Of a DNA stretch of 64,000 nucleotides, positions 46,217-54,891 are shown in pieces. The translations under genes and the position numbers were made by a program. Below the pieces are notes generated by a model. The model was not told the origin of the DNA. It saw nothing but the letters and a program-made list of their open reading frames with translations, and did not search any database. How positions within the stretch are numbered: position 1 is the first letter of the stretch; every line of letters starts with the position of its first letter. Where the stretch lies: positions 16,505 through 80,504 of the forward strand of contig VYFQ01000016.1 of the NCBI GenBank assembly GCA_009842325.1. The letters run 5' to 3'. The stretch is from Acidimicrobiaceae bacterium. Its GTDB lineage: Bacteria > Actinomycetota > Acidimicrobiia > Acidimicrobiales > Aldehydirespiratoraceae.

Positions 46217-47374
46217 ATGACTAAAGCAAGAAGCGCCACCCCAAGGTGGCAGCCACGCAGAAGCCGCCTCATCCTGGTCGCGGCGATCATCGCCGCCGCC
46301 GGCCTACTGGCCGCGGCCTGCAGCGGGGGCGACGACGAAGCCGCCTCGGCCGCAGACTGCGAAGCCGGCCAGACCGACGGCGACCTGGCCTTCTACAACT
46401 GGGCTGAATACATCGACGACGAGCTGCTGGCCGCGTTCGAGGCTGAGACCGGCATCAACGTCGAGTACACGACGTACGAGTCCAACGAGGAGATGCTCAG
46501 CAAGGTCGAGTCCGAGGCGGCCATCTACGACCTAGTGGTGCCGTCGGACTACATGGTCGACACCATGCGCCGCGAGGGGCTGCTGCTGGAGTTGAACTTC
46601 GACGCCATACCCAACTCGGCCAACATCGGCTCCGAGTTCGCCAACCCGCCGTTCGACCCCGAGCACAAGTACAGCGTCGCCTACCAGTGGGGCACCACCG
46701 GCATCGGCATGTCCTACGAGGTGCTCGAACTGCTGGGCGGCGAGTCCACGTGGGCGGTGATCTTCGATCCGGCCACCGCGGCACTGGTCCCGGGCAGCAT
46801 CTCGATGCTCGACGACGCCCCCGAGACGGTGTCGGCCGCGCTCAAGTACCTCGGCTACAGCATCGAGGACGTCATCAACAACCAGAACGAGGACGCCGTG
46901 CGCGCAGCCGGCGACCTGCTGAAGGCCACCAACGACCGGCTGCTCAAGTACGACTCGGTCACGTTCGGCGACGACCTGGTCAACGGCGAAGTCGACGTGG
47001 CCCACGGCTGGAGCGGCGGGTTCTTCCTGTCGTTCTTCGAGGCCGACGCCTACGACGACTACGTCTACACCATCCCGGCCGAGGGCGGGGTCCGCTGGGT
47101 CGACAACATGGCCATCCCCCACAACGCCGACAACATCTGCTCGGCGCACGCCATGATCAACTTCCTGACCGACGCCGAGAACGGCGCCACGCTCACCAAC
47201 TGGACCTACTACGGCAGCCCGAACGCGGCCTCGACACCGTACATCCTCGACGAGATCCTGGAGGATCCGGGCATCTACCCGCCGCCAGAGGTCGACGCCC
47301 GGCTCGAGCTGATCCCGCATGCGGGCGACATGGCCCTGCTGATCCAGGACATGCACAGCCAAGCCAAGAGCTAG
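46217..47374 (+). CDS. potD: polyamine-type substrate-binding lipoprotein (PotD/PotF family)
   Basis: Lipobox LLAAAC. PotD-like core (LAFYNWAEYIDDELLAAFEAETGINV ... YQWGTTGI). Confidence 0.8.
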   Translation: MTKARSATPRWQPRRSRLILVAAIIAAAGLLAAACSGGDDEAASAADCEAGQTDGDLAFYNWAEYIDDELLAAFEAETGINVEYTTYESNEEMLSKVESEAAIYDLVVPSDYMVDTMRREGLLLELNFDAIPNSANIGSEFANPPFDPEHKYSVAYQWGTTGIGMSYEVLELLGGESTWAVIFDPATAALVPGSISMLDDAPETVSAALKYLGYSIEDVINNQNEDAVRAAGDLLKATNDRLLKYDSVTFGDDLVNGEVDVAHGWSGGFFLSFFEADAYDDYVYTIPAEGGVRWVDNMAIPHNADNICSAHAMINFLTDAENGATLTNWTYYGSPNAASTPYILDEILEDPGIYPPPEVDARLELIPHAGDMALLIQDMHSQAKS

Positions 47375-47391
47375 CTCGCAGGTACTCGTTC

Positions 47392-47419
47392 GCCTGGGGC
47401 GGCGGTGGCCGCCCCAGGC
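47392..47419. terminator. bidirectional hairpin between convergent potD and GNAT genes
   Basis: Perfect 12-bp stem GCCTGGGGCGGC / GCCGCCCCAGGC with a GGTG loop. No U-tract (I-shaped type). Confidence 0.55.
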
Positions 47420-47430
47420 CGGGCAGCCGA

Positions 47431-47961
47431 TCAAGCGATCAGAGCAATGTCCTTCCAGCCGTAGGACACCTCGGTAAGGTCCGCGCCACCGATAGTGGTG
47501 GTCCGTTGCCCAACCTGCTCGCCCCCCATCGACTCGTAGAACCGGCGGGCCCGACGGTTGTCCTCGAGCACCCAAAGCATCATCGAAGCGAACCCGTCGC
47601 GTTAGAGTTGTTGAACGACAGCATCGAAGACGCGTCGCCCCACACCCAGCCGCTGGTGCTCTTGGAGTACGTAGACGGCGTAGATCTCACCCTCGTACGC
47701 TGGATCACCCAGGCGTTCAGGGCCACCGCTGGCGAATCCGATGATCTCGCCCATGTCGGTCTCGGCAACGAAGGTGCTCGTCGCGGGCTGATTGGCGGTA
47801 AAGATGTCATTCCATCGCGACTCCCTCGCCTCGTACGACAAGTCCGCCAGGTAGTCGGCCGGAACGATGCCGGCGTATGCGGTCCTCCACGTATCGACGT
47901 GGACTCGTGCCAACGGATCAGCGTCGGAGTTGACGGCCCGCCTTATTCGAGTCGGCACCAT
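47431..47961 (-). pseudogene. GNAT family N-acetyltransferase interrupted by an in-frame TAA (47602-47604)
   Basis: Listed ORF 47602..48021 ends ...QRLGVGRRVFDAVVQQL-TAA. The same frame continues RDGFASMMLWVLEDNRRARRFYESMGGEQVG...LIA-TGA (stop at 47431-47433). That stretch is the missing C-terminal GNAT beta-strand and FYE..GF motif. The probable start is the ATG at 47961 (MVPTRIRRAV). Confidence 0.75.
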
Positions 47962-47968
47962 GCTCCAT

Positions 47969-48364
47969 TCAGGGTCGGACTTCCACGAAGCCAGCCGCGC
48001 TGAAGTCTCCGTCGAACGCAAAGGCTTCAGTGATCCGCTCGCGTCGCATGATCTCGAAGCTGGTGGCGTCTACGTAGGAGTAGGAACGCTCGTCGTGGCG
48101 AGCGAGCCACTCCCATGCCCTCTCGTCGATGGCCGTATCGACCACGGCTACGGACACACGCGGCGACTGGCGAAGCATGGTGATGAAGCTGAGGGCGTCG
48201 GCATGACCGGCGCGGCGCTTCAGCCATGTCCAAGTCTCTCCCGCGACCAGATTGGAGGTCCGAAGCGGCCTACGGTCGCCGTGCCAGAGCAGCAACGCTT
48301 CGGGGTGGCGCCGATCTGCAGGAACCAACAGTCCGATCCAGAAGGACGTGTCGACGAATCTCAC
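47969..48364 (-). CDS. vapC: type II toxin VapC (PIN domain), copy 1
   Basis: 131 aa. PIN acidic residues (FVDTS, ETW, YVDATSF, FDGDF). 4-nt overlap with the upstream antitoxin. Confidence 0.85.
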   Translation of the reverse strand: MRFVDTSFWIGLLVPADRRHPEALLLWHGDRRPLRTSNLVAGETWTWLKRRAGHADALSFITMLRQSPRVSVAVVDTAIDERAWEWLARHDERSYSYVDATSFEIMRRERITEAFAFDGDFSAAGFVEVRP

Positions 48365-48585
48365 GAATCGGTGCCGTAGATGACTGCATCGAGATCATCG
48401 CTGGGTTCGACATCCACGCTGCCGACCAGCGCATCGAGCGGGTCCGAGATTGTCTCTGGGCCGTCAGCAAGACATGACCGCACCGCGTCCCGCACGTACG
48501 CCGAGCGCGACACGCCCCGTCGGGCAGCCGCGGCCGATAGCGCTTCGTCAATGTCGTCGTCGATATATAGCTGTATACGCCGCAT
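48361..48585 (-). CDS. vapB: type II antitoxin VapB (ribbon-helix-helix/CopG type), copy 1
   Basis: 74 aa from the ATG at 48585 (MRRIQLYIDDDIDEALSAAAARRGVSRSAYVRDAV). It is the C-terminal part of listed ORF 48361..48849. Confidence 0.8.
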   Translation of the reverse strand: MRRIQLYIDDDIDEALSAAAARRGVSRSAYVRDAVRSCLADGPETISDPLDALVGSVDVEPSDDLDAVIYGTDS

Positions 48586-48598
48586 AAGAGGAGTATAC
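48573..48598 (-). promoter_or_regulatory. vapB1 promoter/operator: two GTATAC palindromes 20 bp apart flanking the ATG; TATACT hexamer 6 nt upstream of ATG
   Basis: The minus strand reads GGTGTATACTcctcttATGcggcGTATACag. The TANNNT-type hexamer (48592-48597) is positioned as for a leaderless mRNA. Confidence 0.5.
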
Positions 48599-48602
48599 AC
48601 CA

Positions 48603-49376
48603 CTAGCGGGCTTGCCAGTTCGGGGGGCGGCCTTCCTGCCAGGCGGCTATCCCCTCGGCCGCGTCGGCGGTGTTGGACGCCACCCGGCGCATGGTCTCGC
48701 CCATGCGGACCGCCTCCGTCCACGGCAGTGTGCGGCCCCGGTGGGCCATCTCGTTGGTGGCCCGCACGGCCAGGGGCGCGCCCGCGCACAGCCGGTCGGC
48801 CAAGTTGCGGGCCTCGGCCATGAGATCGTCGTGGGGTAGGACCTTCCACGCTAGGCCCGTCTCCCTGGCTCTGGCCGCGTCGATGGTCTCACCGGTCAGC
48901 AGCAACTCCAGAGCGTCGGGCCAAGCGACACGGTCGGGCAGACGGAGGGCACCAACGATGGTGGGCACGCCGATGCGGACCTCGGGGTAGGCGAAGGTCG
49001 CCCGGTCGCTGGCCAGAACGAAGTCGCAGGCCAGCACAGCGGTCAGGCCGTAGCCGATGCAGGGACCGTTGACGGCCGCGATCGTCGGCTTCCAGATCTC
49101 CATGCCCGACTCGAATGTGGTGATTGTGGGCCACTCCCAGAACGACCCCGGCCACTCCCCCGTCGAGCCCTCGGAGTCCTTGAGGTCGGCGCCCGCGCAG
49201 AAGGCCCGGCCCGCGCCGGTGACGATGGCCACCCAGGCCTCGGTGTCCGCACGGAAGGCCACCCACGACTCGTCCAGGGCCCGTCGCATGGCCCCGTTGA
49301 CCGCGTTGAGGGCCTCGGGACGGTTGTAGGTGATGGTGGCGACGTGCCCGTCGCGCTCGTAGGTGGCCGCCGGCAT
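48603..49376 (-). CDS. enoyl-CoA hydratase/isomerase (crotonase) family protein
   Basis: Motifs: ITYNRPEALNAV, VTGAGRAFCAGADL, INGPCIGYG. Confidence 0.9.
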   Translation of the reverse strand: MPAATYERDGHVATITYNRPEALNAVNGAMRRALDESWVAFRADTEAWVAIVTGAGRAFCAGADLKDSEGSTGEWPGSFWEWPTITTFESGMEIWKPTIAAVNGPCIGYGLTAVLACDFVLASDRATFAYPEVRIGVPTIVGALRLPDRVAWPDALELLLTGETIDAARARETGLAWKVLPHDDLMAEARNLADRLCAGAPLAVRATNEMAHRGRTLPWTEAVRMGETMRRVASNTADAAEGIAAWQEGRPPNWQAR

Positions 49377-49407
49377 GCGTCTCAGTATGGCCCCTTAGCC
49401 TTGCGCC

Positions 49408-49851
49408 ATGACCACCATCACTGCGGATGTCAAGATCGAGCCCGGCGCCGAGTTCTCGGTTGAACTGAGATCCGGTTCGCACCTGTGGCACGCCGACGAG
49501 CCCGCCGACGTGGGCGGGGCCGACACCGGCCCCAATCCCTACGAGCTGCTGCTGTCGTCGGTGGCCGCCTGCACCTGCATCACGGTGTCGATGTACTGCC
49601 GGCGCAAGGGCTGGAACCTGCACTCGGTCTCGGCCAGCTACACCCACGACCGAGTGCATGCCAACGACTGTGACGATTGCGAGTCGGAAGCATCGGGGTA
49701 TATCGACCGGGTCCGCAGCCAGATCTTCATCGAGGGCGACTTCGAGGAGGAGCAGCGGGCCCGCCTGGCCGACATCGCCCGCCGATGCCCGGTGCACAAG
49801 ACCCTCGAACGAGGCATCACCTTCACCACCGAAGCCGTCTTCGCCGGCTGA
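49408..49851 (+). CDS. OsmC family peroxiredoxin-like protein
   Basis: 147 aa with two conserved Cys regions (LLLSSVAACTCITV and RCPVHKTL). Confidence 0.8.
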   Translation: MTTITADVKIEPGAEFSVELRSGSHLWHADEPADVGGADTGPNPYELLLSSVAACTCITVSMYCRRKGWNLHSVSASYTHDRVHANDCDDCESEASGYIDRVRSQIFIEGDFEEEQRARLADIARRCPVHKTLERGITFTTEAVFAG

Positions 49852-49897
49852 GGGGCACGGCTAGTCTCGCAGCGACCATCGGACAGGAGCAGGAGCA

Positions 49898-51034
49898 ATG
49901 AACGAACCGGCGTGGACCATGGGCGTCGAGGAGGAGTACCTGCTCGTGGAGCGCGAGACAGGGGCCCTCATCACCAAGCAGCCTCCCGGCCTGATGGAGA
50001 CAGTGTCCAACGTGCGCCACGGCCTGGTGGCCAGGGAGCTGTTCGACTCCCAGATCGAGATCGGCACGGACGTCTGCTCCAACCTGAAGGAGCTCCGCGC
50101 CGATGTCTGGGTGCTCCGCCAAGCGGTGGCCGAGGCTGCCGCCGAATACGGGATGGCGCCCATCGCCGCCTCGTCCCACCCGTTCGCAAGGTGGCTCTCG
50201 CAGCAGTACACCGACAAGGAGCGCTACCGGGTCCTCACCGCCGACCTGCAGGCCGTGTCCCGGCGGCTGCTCATCTCCGGGTTGCACGTCCATGTCGGCA
50301 TCGAGGATCCCGATCTGCGGATCGATCTGATGGACCAGGCCGCGTACTTCCTGCCTCATCTGCTGGCCCTGTCAACCTCGTCGCCGTTCTGGGAGGGACG
50401 CGACACCGGCCTCAAGTGCTACCGCCTGACAGTGGGCGAGGCTCTGCCCCGCACCGGATTCCCGGAGAAGTTCGGCTCGTGGTCCGAATTCAGGCGCCAC
50501 ATCGACGTGCTGGTGCGAGCCGGGATCATTGAGGACTCCACCATGGTGTGGTGGCACATCCGCCCGTCGGAGCGCTACCCCACCGTGGAGATGCGGGTCA
50601 CCGACCTGCCCACCAGGATGGAGGACACCATCGCGTTGGCCGCCATGTACGTCTGCTTGATGAGGATGCTTTGGCGGCTCAGGCAGGAGAACCGCCGCTG
50701 GCGGAGCTACGCCAACTTCCTGCTCTCAGAGAACCTGTGGCGAGCGGAGCGTTACGGGATCAACGGCGAGCTCATGGACTTCGGCAAGAGCGCGCTGGTG
50801 CCCTTCGGTGACCTGCTGGAGGAGCTGATCGAGCTGCTCAGACCCGACGCCGAGGCTCTGAACTGCGTGGCGGAAATCGAGCACACCCGAACGATCTACC
50901 AGCGAGGCACGTCCGCGGATCGCCAACTCGCCGTGTACCGCGGTGCGCTCGAGGAGGGCGCCACCGAGGACGAGGCTCTCAAGGCCGTCGTCGACGCGCT
51001 GATCGTCGACACCATCGCTCCGCCCGAGATCTAG
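49898..51034 (+). CDS. carboxylate-amine ligase (YbdK / glutamate-cysteine ligase family 2)
   Basis: The MGVEEEYLLV start is typical of GCS2. Also SGLHVHVGI and FLPHLLALSTSSPFWEGRDTGLKCYR. Confidence 0.85.
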   Translation: MNEPAWTMGVEEEYLLVERETGALITKQPPGLMETVSNVRHGLVARELFDSQIEIGTDVCSNLKELRADVWVLRQAVAEAAAEYGMAPIAASSHPFARWLSQQYTDKERYRVLTADLQAVSRRLLISGLHVHVGIEDPDLRIDLMDQAAYFLPHLLALSTSSPFWEGRDTGLKCYRLTVGEALPRTGFPEKFGSWSEFRRHIDVLVRAGIIEDSTMVWWHIRPSERYPTVEMRVTDLPTRMEDTIALAAMYVCLMRMLWRLRQENRRWRSYANFLLSENLWRAERYGINGELMDFGKSALVPFGDLLEELIELLRPDAEALNCVAEIEHTRTIYQRGTSADRQLAVYRGALEEGATEDEALKAVVDALIVDTIAPPEI

Positions 51035-51048
51035 CGACAGCCAGGCCT

Positions 51049-52482
51049 CTAGCCGGTGTCGATGATGGCGGTGCGCAGGTCGGTCATGTCGAGGATCGTG
51101 TACTTGCCGCCGATGCGGCCCCAACCGGTGCCGGTGCGAGACGCCCCGCCGAACGGCGGATGCTGCTCCCAGAAGGCGGTGCCCTCGTTGACTAGCACGG
51201 TGCCGGTTCGAAGCTCGTCGACGGCCCGATAGGCCCTGCGCAGCGACGCAGTGAACACCGACGCCTGCAGGCCCAGGTCGGAGTCGTTGGCCAGCGCGAA
51301 GGCCTCGTCATCCGAGCCGAAACGGGTGACGGGTATGACCGGCCCGAAGCTCTCGTGGCGGAACACGTCCATGGCCGGGGTCACGTCGTCGATGACGGTC
51401 ATCTCGTAGTAGAGCCCGGTCGGACGGTCCGGCTCGCGGCGCCCGCCGAGCAGCACCCGGGCACCCTGGGCCGTCGCGCCGGCCACGTGGGCGTCCATGC
51501 GGGCCGCCACGACCTCGTTGTTGAGCGGACCCATCAGGCTGGCGTCGTCGAGCGGGTCGCCGAGGGCGACGGAGGCGGCCCGGTCCACCAGCAGGTCGAT
51601 CAACTCGTTGTGCACCGAATCGTGCACCAGCAGGCGCTCGGTGGCCACGCAGCACTGGCCCGACACGAAGTGGGCGCCGAACACCGCTGCGTCGGCGGCG
51701 GCTTCCAGGTCGGCGTCGTCGAACACGATCTGGGGGCCGTTTCCGGACGCCTCGATGATGGTGCGCTTCATGCCCGCCGCGGCCACGATGGCCGCCGCGG
51801 TGGCCTGCGAGCCGACGAACCCGACGCCGTGGACGCCGGAGTGCGAGACCAGAGCCTGGCCGACCTCGCCCCGGCCCATCACCACCGAGACCGCTCCGGT
51901 CGGGAATCCGGCGCCGGCCACGGCCTCGGCCAGAGCCAGAGCCGACAGCGGGGCGTTCTCCGAGGGCTTGATCACGGCCGGATTGCCGGCCGCCAGCGCA
52001 GCGGCCAGGAGCTCGGCGGGGATGTTCATGGGGAAGTTCCACGGCGTGACCAGCGCGTACACGCCGTTGGGCTTGCGATGGGTGAACACCCGCTTGCGGG
52101 GATCGACGCTGGGCAGCACATGGGTCTCGAGCCGTTTGATCTCCTCGGCCGCCAGCCGGAAGATGTCGGCCGACTCGGCCAGCTCATCGACGGCCTCCGC
52201 GGCCAGTGCCTTGCCCGACTCCCGGGCCAGTTGCTCAGCGAGAGGCGAGGCATCCGCTTCGAGGCGGTCGGCGGTGGCCCACAGCAGATCGGCCCGCTCG
52301 AAGAAGCTCAGCCGCTCCAACTCCGGCGCAGCCGAGTTGGCGGCGGCCACCGCGTCGTCCACGTCGGCGGGCGAGGCCGTGTCGATCTCGGCCAGCACCT
52401 CACCGGTAGCCGGCTCGATCACGGCCAGCTGCTCTACGCCCCGCCCCGGACGGCGCTGTCCCCCGATGAGTTGATGCATCAC
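51049..52482 (-). CDS. aldehyde dehydrogenase family protein
   Basis: Motifs: IKPSENAP, FVGS, EASGNGP, SGQCCVATERLLV, ESFGPV. Confidence 0.9.
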   Translation of the reverse strand: MMHQLIGGQRRPGRGVEQLAVIEPATGEVLAEIDTASPADVDDAVAAANSAAPELERLSFFERADLLWATADRLEADASPLAEQLARESGKALAAEAVDELAESADIFRLAAEEIKRLETHVLPSVDPRKRVFTHRKPNGVYALVTPWNFPMNIPAELLAAALAAGNPAVIKPSENAPLSALALAEAVAGAGFPTGAVSVVMGRGEVGQALVSHSGVHGVGFVGSQATAAAIVAAAGMKRTIIEASGNGPQIVFDDADLEAAADAAVFGAHFVSGQCCVATERLLVHDSVHNELIDLLVDRAASVALGDPLDDASLMGPLNNEVVAARMDAHVAGATAQGARVLLGGRREPDRPTGLYYEMTVIDDVTPAMDVFRHESFGPVIPVTRFGSDDEAFALANDSDLGLQASVFTASLRRAYRAVDELRTGTVLVNEGTAFWEQHPPFGGASRTGTGWGRIGGKYTILDMTDLRTAIIDTG

Positions 52483-52538
52483 CGCACCCTAGACAGCCTC
52501 GGCATTGTCGGCATCGCGTCCCGCCTACGCTCCCAGCC

Positions 52539-53963
52539 GTGAGCCCGCTGATCTGGACCGAGTTCAGACCCGACCTCGGCAAGTTCGACGAGTTCCAGCA
52601 TTTCGAATCGGCCGGGGGCGGCCGGGTGCTGCAGAGCCTCTACCGGGGCCCTGAGGTGCCGATCCGCCTAATCATGACCGCGAACGGCGTCGAGTGGTCC
52701 GAGCTGCCACTCCCGGACGGCTTTCACGTGGCCGACCTCGGCTCCGATGCCGGCGCGAGTATCGATCTGGCCGGTGACCGCTGGGTGGCCTTCGGCTGGG
52801 ATGTGACTCGTGATCCCCATGAGAACGTCGGGCGCGAGGTCTGGTTCTCCGACGATCAGGGCTCAAGCTGGACCGAGGTGAACGTCGAGACACCGCAGAG
52901 GTCCGAGCCGCTACCACCGTATGCCATTGAGGAATCGGCCGTTCTTGAAGCGCTGGCCTGGGGCAGCTGTCTCGTCGTCGTCGTGCGGACTTCCACGAGA
53001 CTGGATCTGGAAGCTCTGCTCGCCGATCGCGGCTTGATGCCCACTGGGAAGTTGCTGAACTTCTGGGAGCCGTCACGCCACGGCTTCACGTTGACGTTTA
53101 TCGAGGAGTTCCCGTCGGAGGGCGAGTCCGTTCGGCCCAGTCGCGGTCGCTGGCGCCAGCACAAGCAGGATGTGTCGCACGAGGACCTGGGGCTCTCGAT
53201 CAGGCAGCAGGAGTTGCTGCAGAAGCGACGTGACACGGTCGTCAGGATCTATGCGGGAGACGGTCCCTCCCTGCCGATGACCGCCGAGTACGAACGATGG
53301 GTCTACAAGATCACCGGCACAGCCTCAGCCGAGGGCATCGTGCTGGCCACCCAGGGAGAATGGCAGGCCCTGCTCACGTCGGCCGACGGACTCGCATGGG
53401 ACGAGGACCCGTTGGACTCAGTGGAACTGTGGGGCGACGGTGGCGGCGACGGAGCGCTGTGGGCCGCGGCCCGCACTCGCAAGGGAATGCGATTCGATCG
53501 CATCCGCTACCAGGACGGCCAAGTACCAGTCGCACTCAAGGAGGGCGTCAAGAACCTCAGCAGCTTCGCGGCCGGACAAGCGGGGGTGGTAGCAGCTGGC
53601 CTGACGGGCCGGAGCGCCAGGAGGGAGCCAGGGCTCATGCAGACAAGGGTGCGAACGGCAGGACGCACCTACACCCACAGCGGCCACGGCGACTACCGGG
53701 CGGACGAGCTCTGGCTGGGCTGGTCCAGAGACGGTGACGCCTGGACCTGGCAGCCCGCGTCTGAGGCCTTCGGCGTCGATCCCCGCAGGAGGATCTCGGT
53801 AAGGCTGGCCGTCGGCAAGGACTTCCTTCTCGCCGAAGTGTCCGACTTCGGCATGATGTGGAAGATCACTCGGGACACCTACATCCCCTTCGACCCCAGC
53901 CCGACCGCCGATGGGCACGCGGTCGCAGCACGGCGGCGGTGGTTCATGGCCCGGGTGGGCTGA
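52539..53963 (+). CDS. hypothetical protein with Asp-box/BNR-like repeats (probable beta-propeller), no signal peptide
   Basis: 474 aa with a GTG start. Asp-box-like motifs SDDQGSSW, SADGLAW and SRDGDAW. GC looks lower than the surroundings. Confidence 0.6.
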   Translation: MSPLIWTEFRPDLGKFDEFQHFESAGGGRVLQSLYRGPEVPIRLIMTANGVEWSELPLPDGFHVADLGSDAGASIDLAGDRWVAFGWDVTRDPHENVGREVWFSDDQGSSWTEVNVETPQRSEPLPPYAIEESAVLEALAWGSCLVVVVRTSTRLDLEALLADRGLMPTGKLLNFWEPSRHGFTLTFIEEFPSEGESVRPSRGRWRQHKQDVSHEDLGLSIRQQELLQKRRDTVVRIYAGDGPSLPMTAEYERWVYKITGTASAEGIVLATQGEWQALLTSADGLAWDEDPLDSVELWGDGGGDGALWAAARTRKGMRFDRIRYQDGQVPVALKEGVKNLSSFAAGQAGVVAAGLTGRSARREPGLMQTRVRTAGRTYTHSGHGDYRADELWLGWSRDGDAWTWQPASEAFGVDPRRRISVRLAVGKDFLLAEVSDFGMMWKITRDTYIPFDPSPTADGHAVAARRRWFMARVG

Positions 53964-53985
53964 ACAACTGCCGGTGTCTGATGGT

Positions 53986-54011
53986 GTATACTCCATTTAT
54001 GCGGCGTATAC
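53986..54011 (+). promoter_or_regulatory. vapB2 promoter/operator: same architecture as copy 1
   Basis: It reads GGTGTATACTccatttATGcggcGTATACag. Hexamer, spacing and both palindromes are conserved although the coding DNA has diverged. Confidence 0.5.
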
Positions 54012-54223
54012 AGCTATACCTGGATGAAGACATCGACGACGCTCTGTCGGCTGCGGCTGCTCGGCTGGGGGTCTCGCGATCAGCGCTGGTGAGAAACGCC
54101 GTCAGGTCGGCTCTCGACGATGGGCCTGAGGCACTCACGGATCCTTTTGACGCTCTCGTGGGCAGCGTGGATGTTGAGCCGGACGACGATCTCGACGCGG
54201 TGATCTACGGGACCGAACTGTGA
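53999..54223 (+). CDS. vapB: type II antitoxin VapB (RHH type), copy 2
   Basis: 74 aa from the ATG at 53999 (MRRIQLYLDEDIDDALSAAAARLGVSRSALVRNAV). 59/74 residues are identical to copy 1 by manual alignment. Confidence 0.8.
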   Translation: MRRIQLYLDEDIDDALSAAAARLGVSRSALVRNAVRSALDDGPEALTDPFDALVGSVDVEPDDDLDAVIYGTEL

Positions 54224-54615
54224 GGTTCGTCGACACGTCCTTCTGGATCGGTCTGCTCGTTCCCGCAGATCGCCGTCACCCCGATGCCGTGCGATTGTGG
54301 CGCGACGGGCGCGGACCCCTCCGGACCTCCAATCTGGTGGCAGGAGAGACTTGGACATGGTTGAAGCGTCGCGCCGGCCATACCCACTCCCTCAGCTTCA
54401 TCACCATGCTTCGCCAGTCGCCGCGTGTGTCGGTAGCAGTCGTCGACTCGGCCATAGACGAGCGGGCATGGGAGTGGCTTGCTCGCCATGACGAGCGGCA
54501 CTACTCCTACGTCGACGCCACCAGCTTCGAGATCATGCGGCGCGAGCGGATCACCGAAGCGCTCGCGTTCGACGGCGACTTCAGCGCGGCCGGCTTCATA
54601 GAAGTTCGGCCCTGA
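54220..54615 (+). CDS. vapC: type II toxin VapC (PIN domain), copy 2
   Basis: 131 aa. 117/131 residues are identical to copy 1 by manual alignment. 4-nt overlap with vapB. Confidence 0.85.
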   Translation: MRFVDTSFWIGLLVPADRRHPDAVRLWRDGRGPLRTSNLVAGETWTWLKRRAGHTHSLSFITMLRQSPRVSVAVVDSAIDERAWEWLARHDERHYSYVDATSFEIMRRERITEALAFDGDFSAAGFIEVRP

Positions 54616-54636
54616 CCCGATCGCTATGCTGGCGAC

Positions 54637-54891
54637 ATGGCCGGAGCGGTGGTGATGGTGATCGTGCTGGTGGTGGTGTTCCCGGTGGTGGTGCTGATCG
54701 GCAGCGGGATCCTGGCGGCGGCACTGGGCAGCTTCCTGAAGGTTGACTCCGACCTGGCCAACCGAGGCGACGACGGCCCCAACGAGTATCTGGAACTGGC
54801 CCGCAAGGAGGCCGAGACCGGCTACCCGCACCGGCCCGAGCCGCCGTCGCTGCGTTCTAAGCTCGAGTCGAAGATCCGGTCGGCCAGATAG
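54637..54891 (+). CDS. hypothetical small membrane protein (84 aa)
   Basis: One long N-terminal hydrophobic segment and a charged tail. It overlaps the convergent 54857..56467 gene by 35 nt. Coding status is uncertain. Confidence 0.4.
   Translation: MAGAVVMVIVLVVVFPVVVLIGSGILAAALGSFLKVDSDLANRGDDGPNEYLELARKEAETGYPHRPEPPSLRSKLESKIRSAR

Noticed and set aside
47969-54615. The inverted vapBC copies as ends of a composite transposon or integrative element.
   Set aside because: I found no transposase, integrase, tRNA target or terminal inverted repeats beyond the TA cassettes themselves. About 15-20 % DNA divergence argues against recent transposition.
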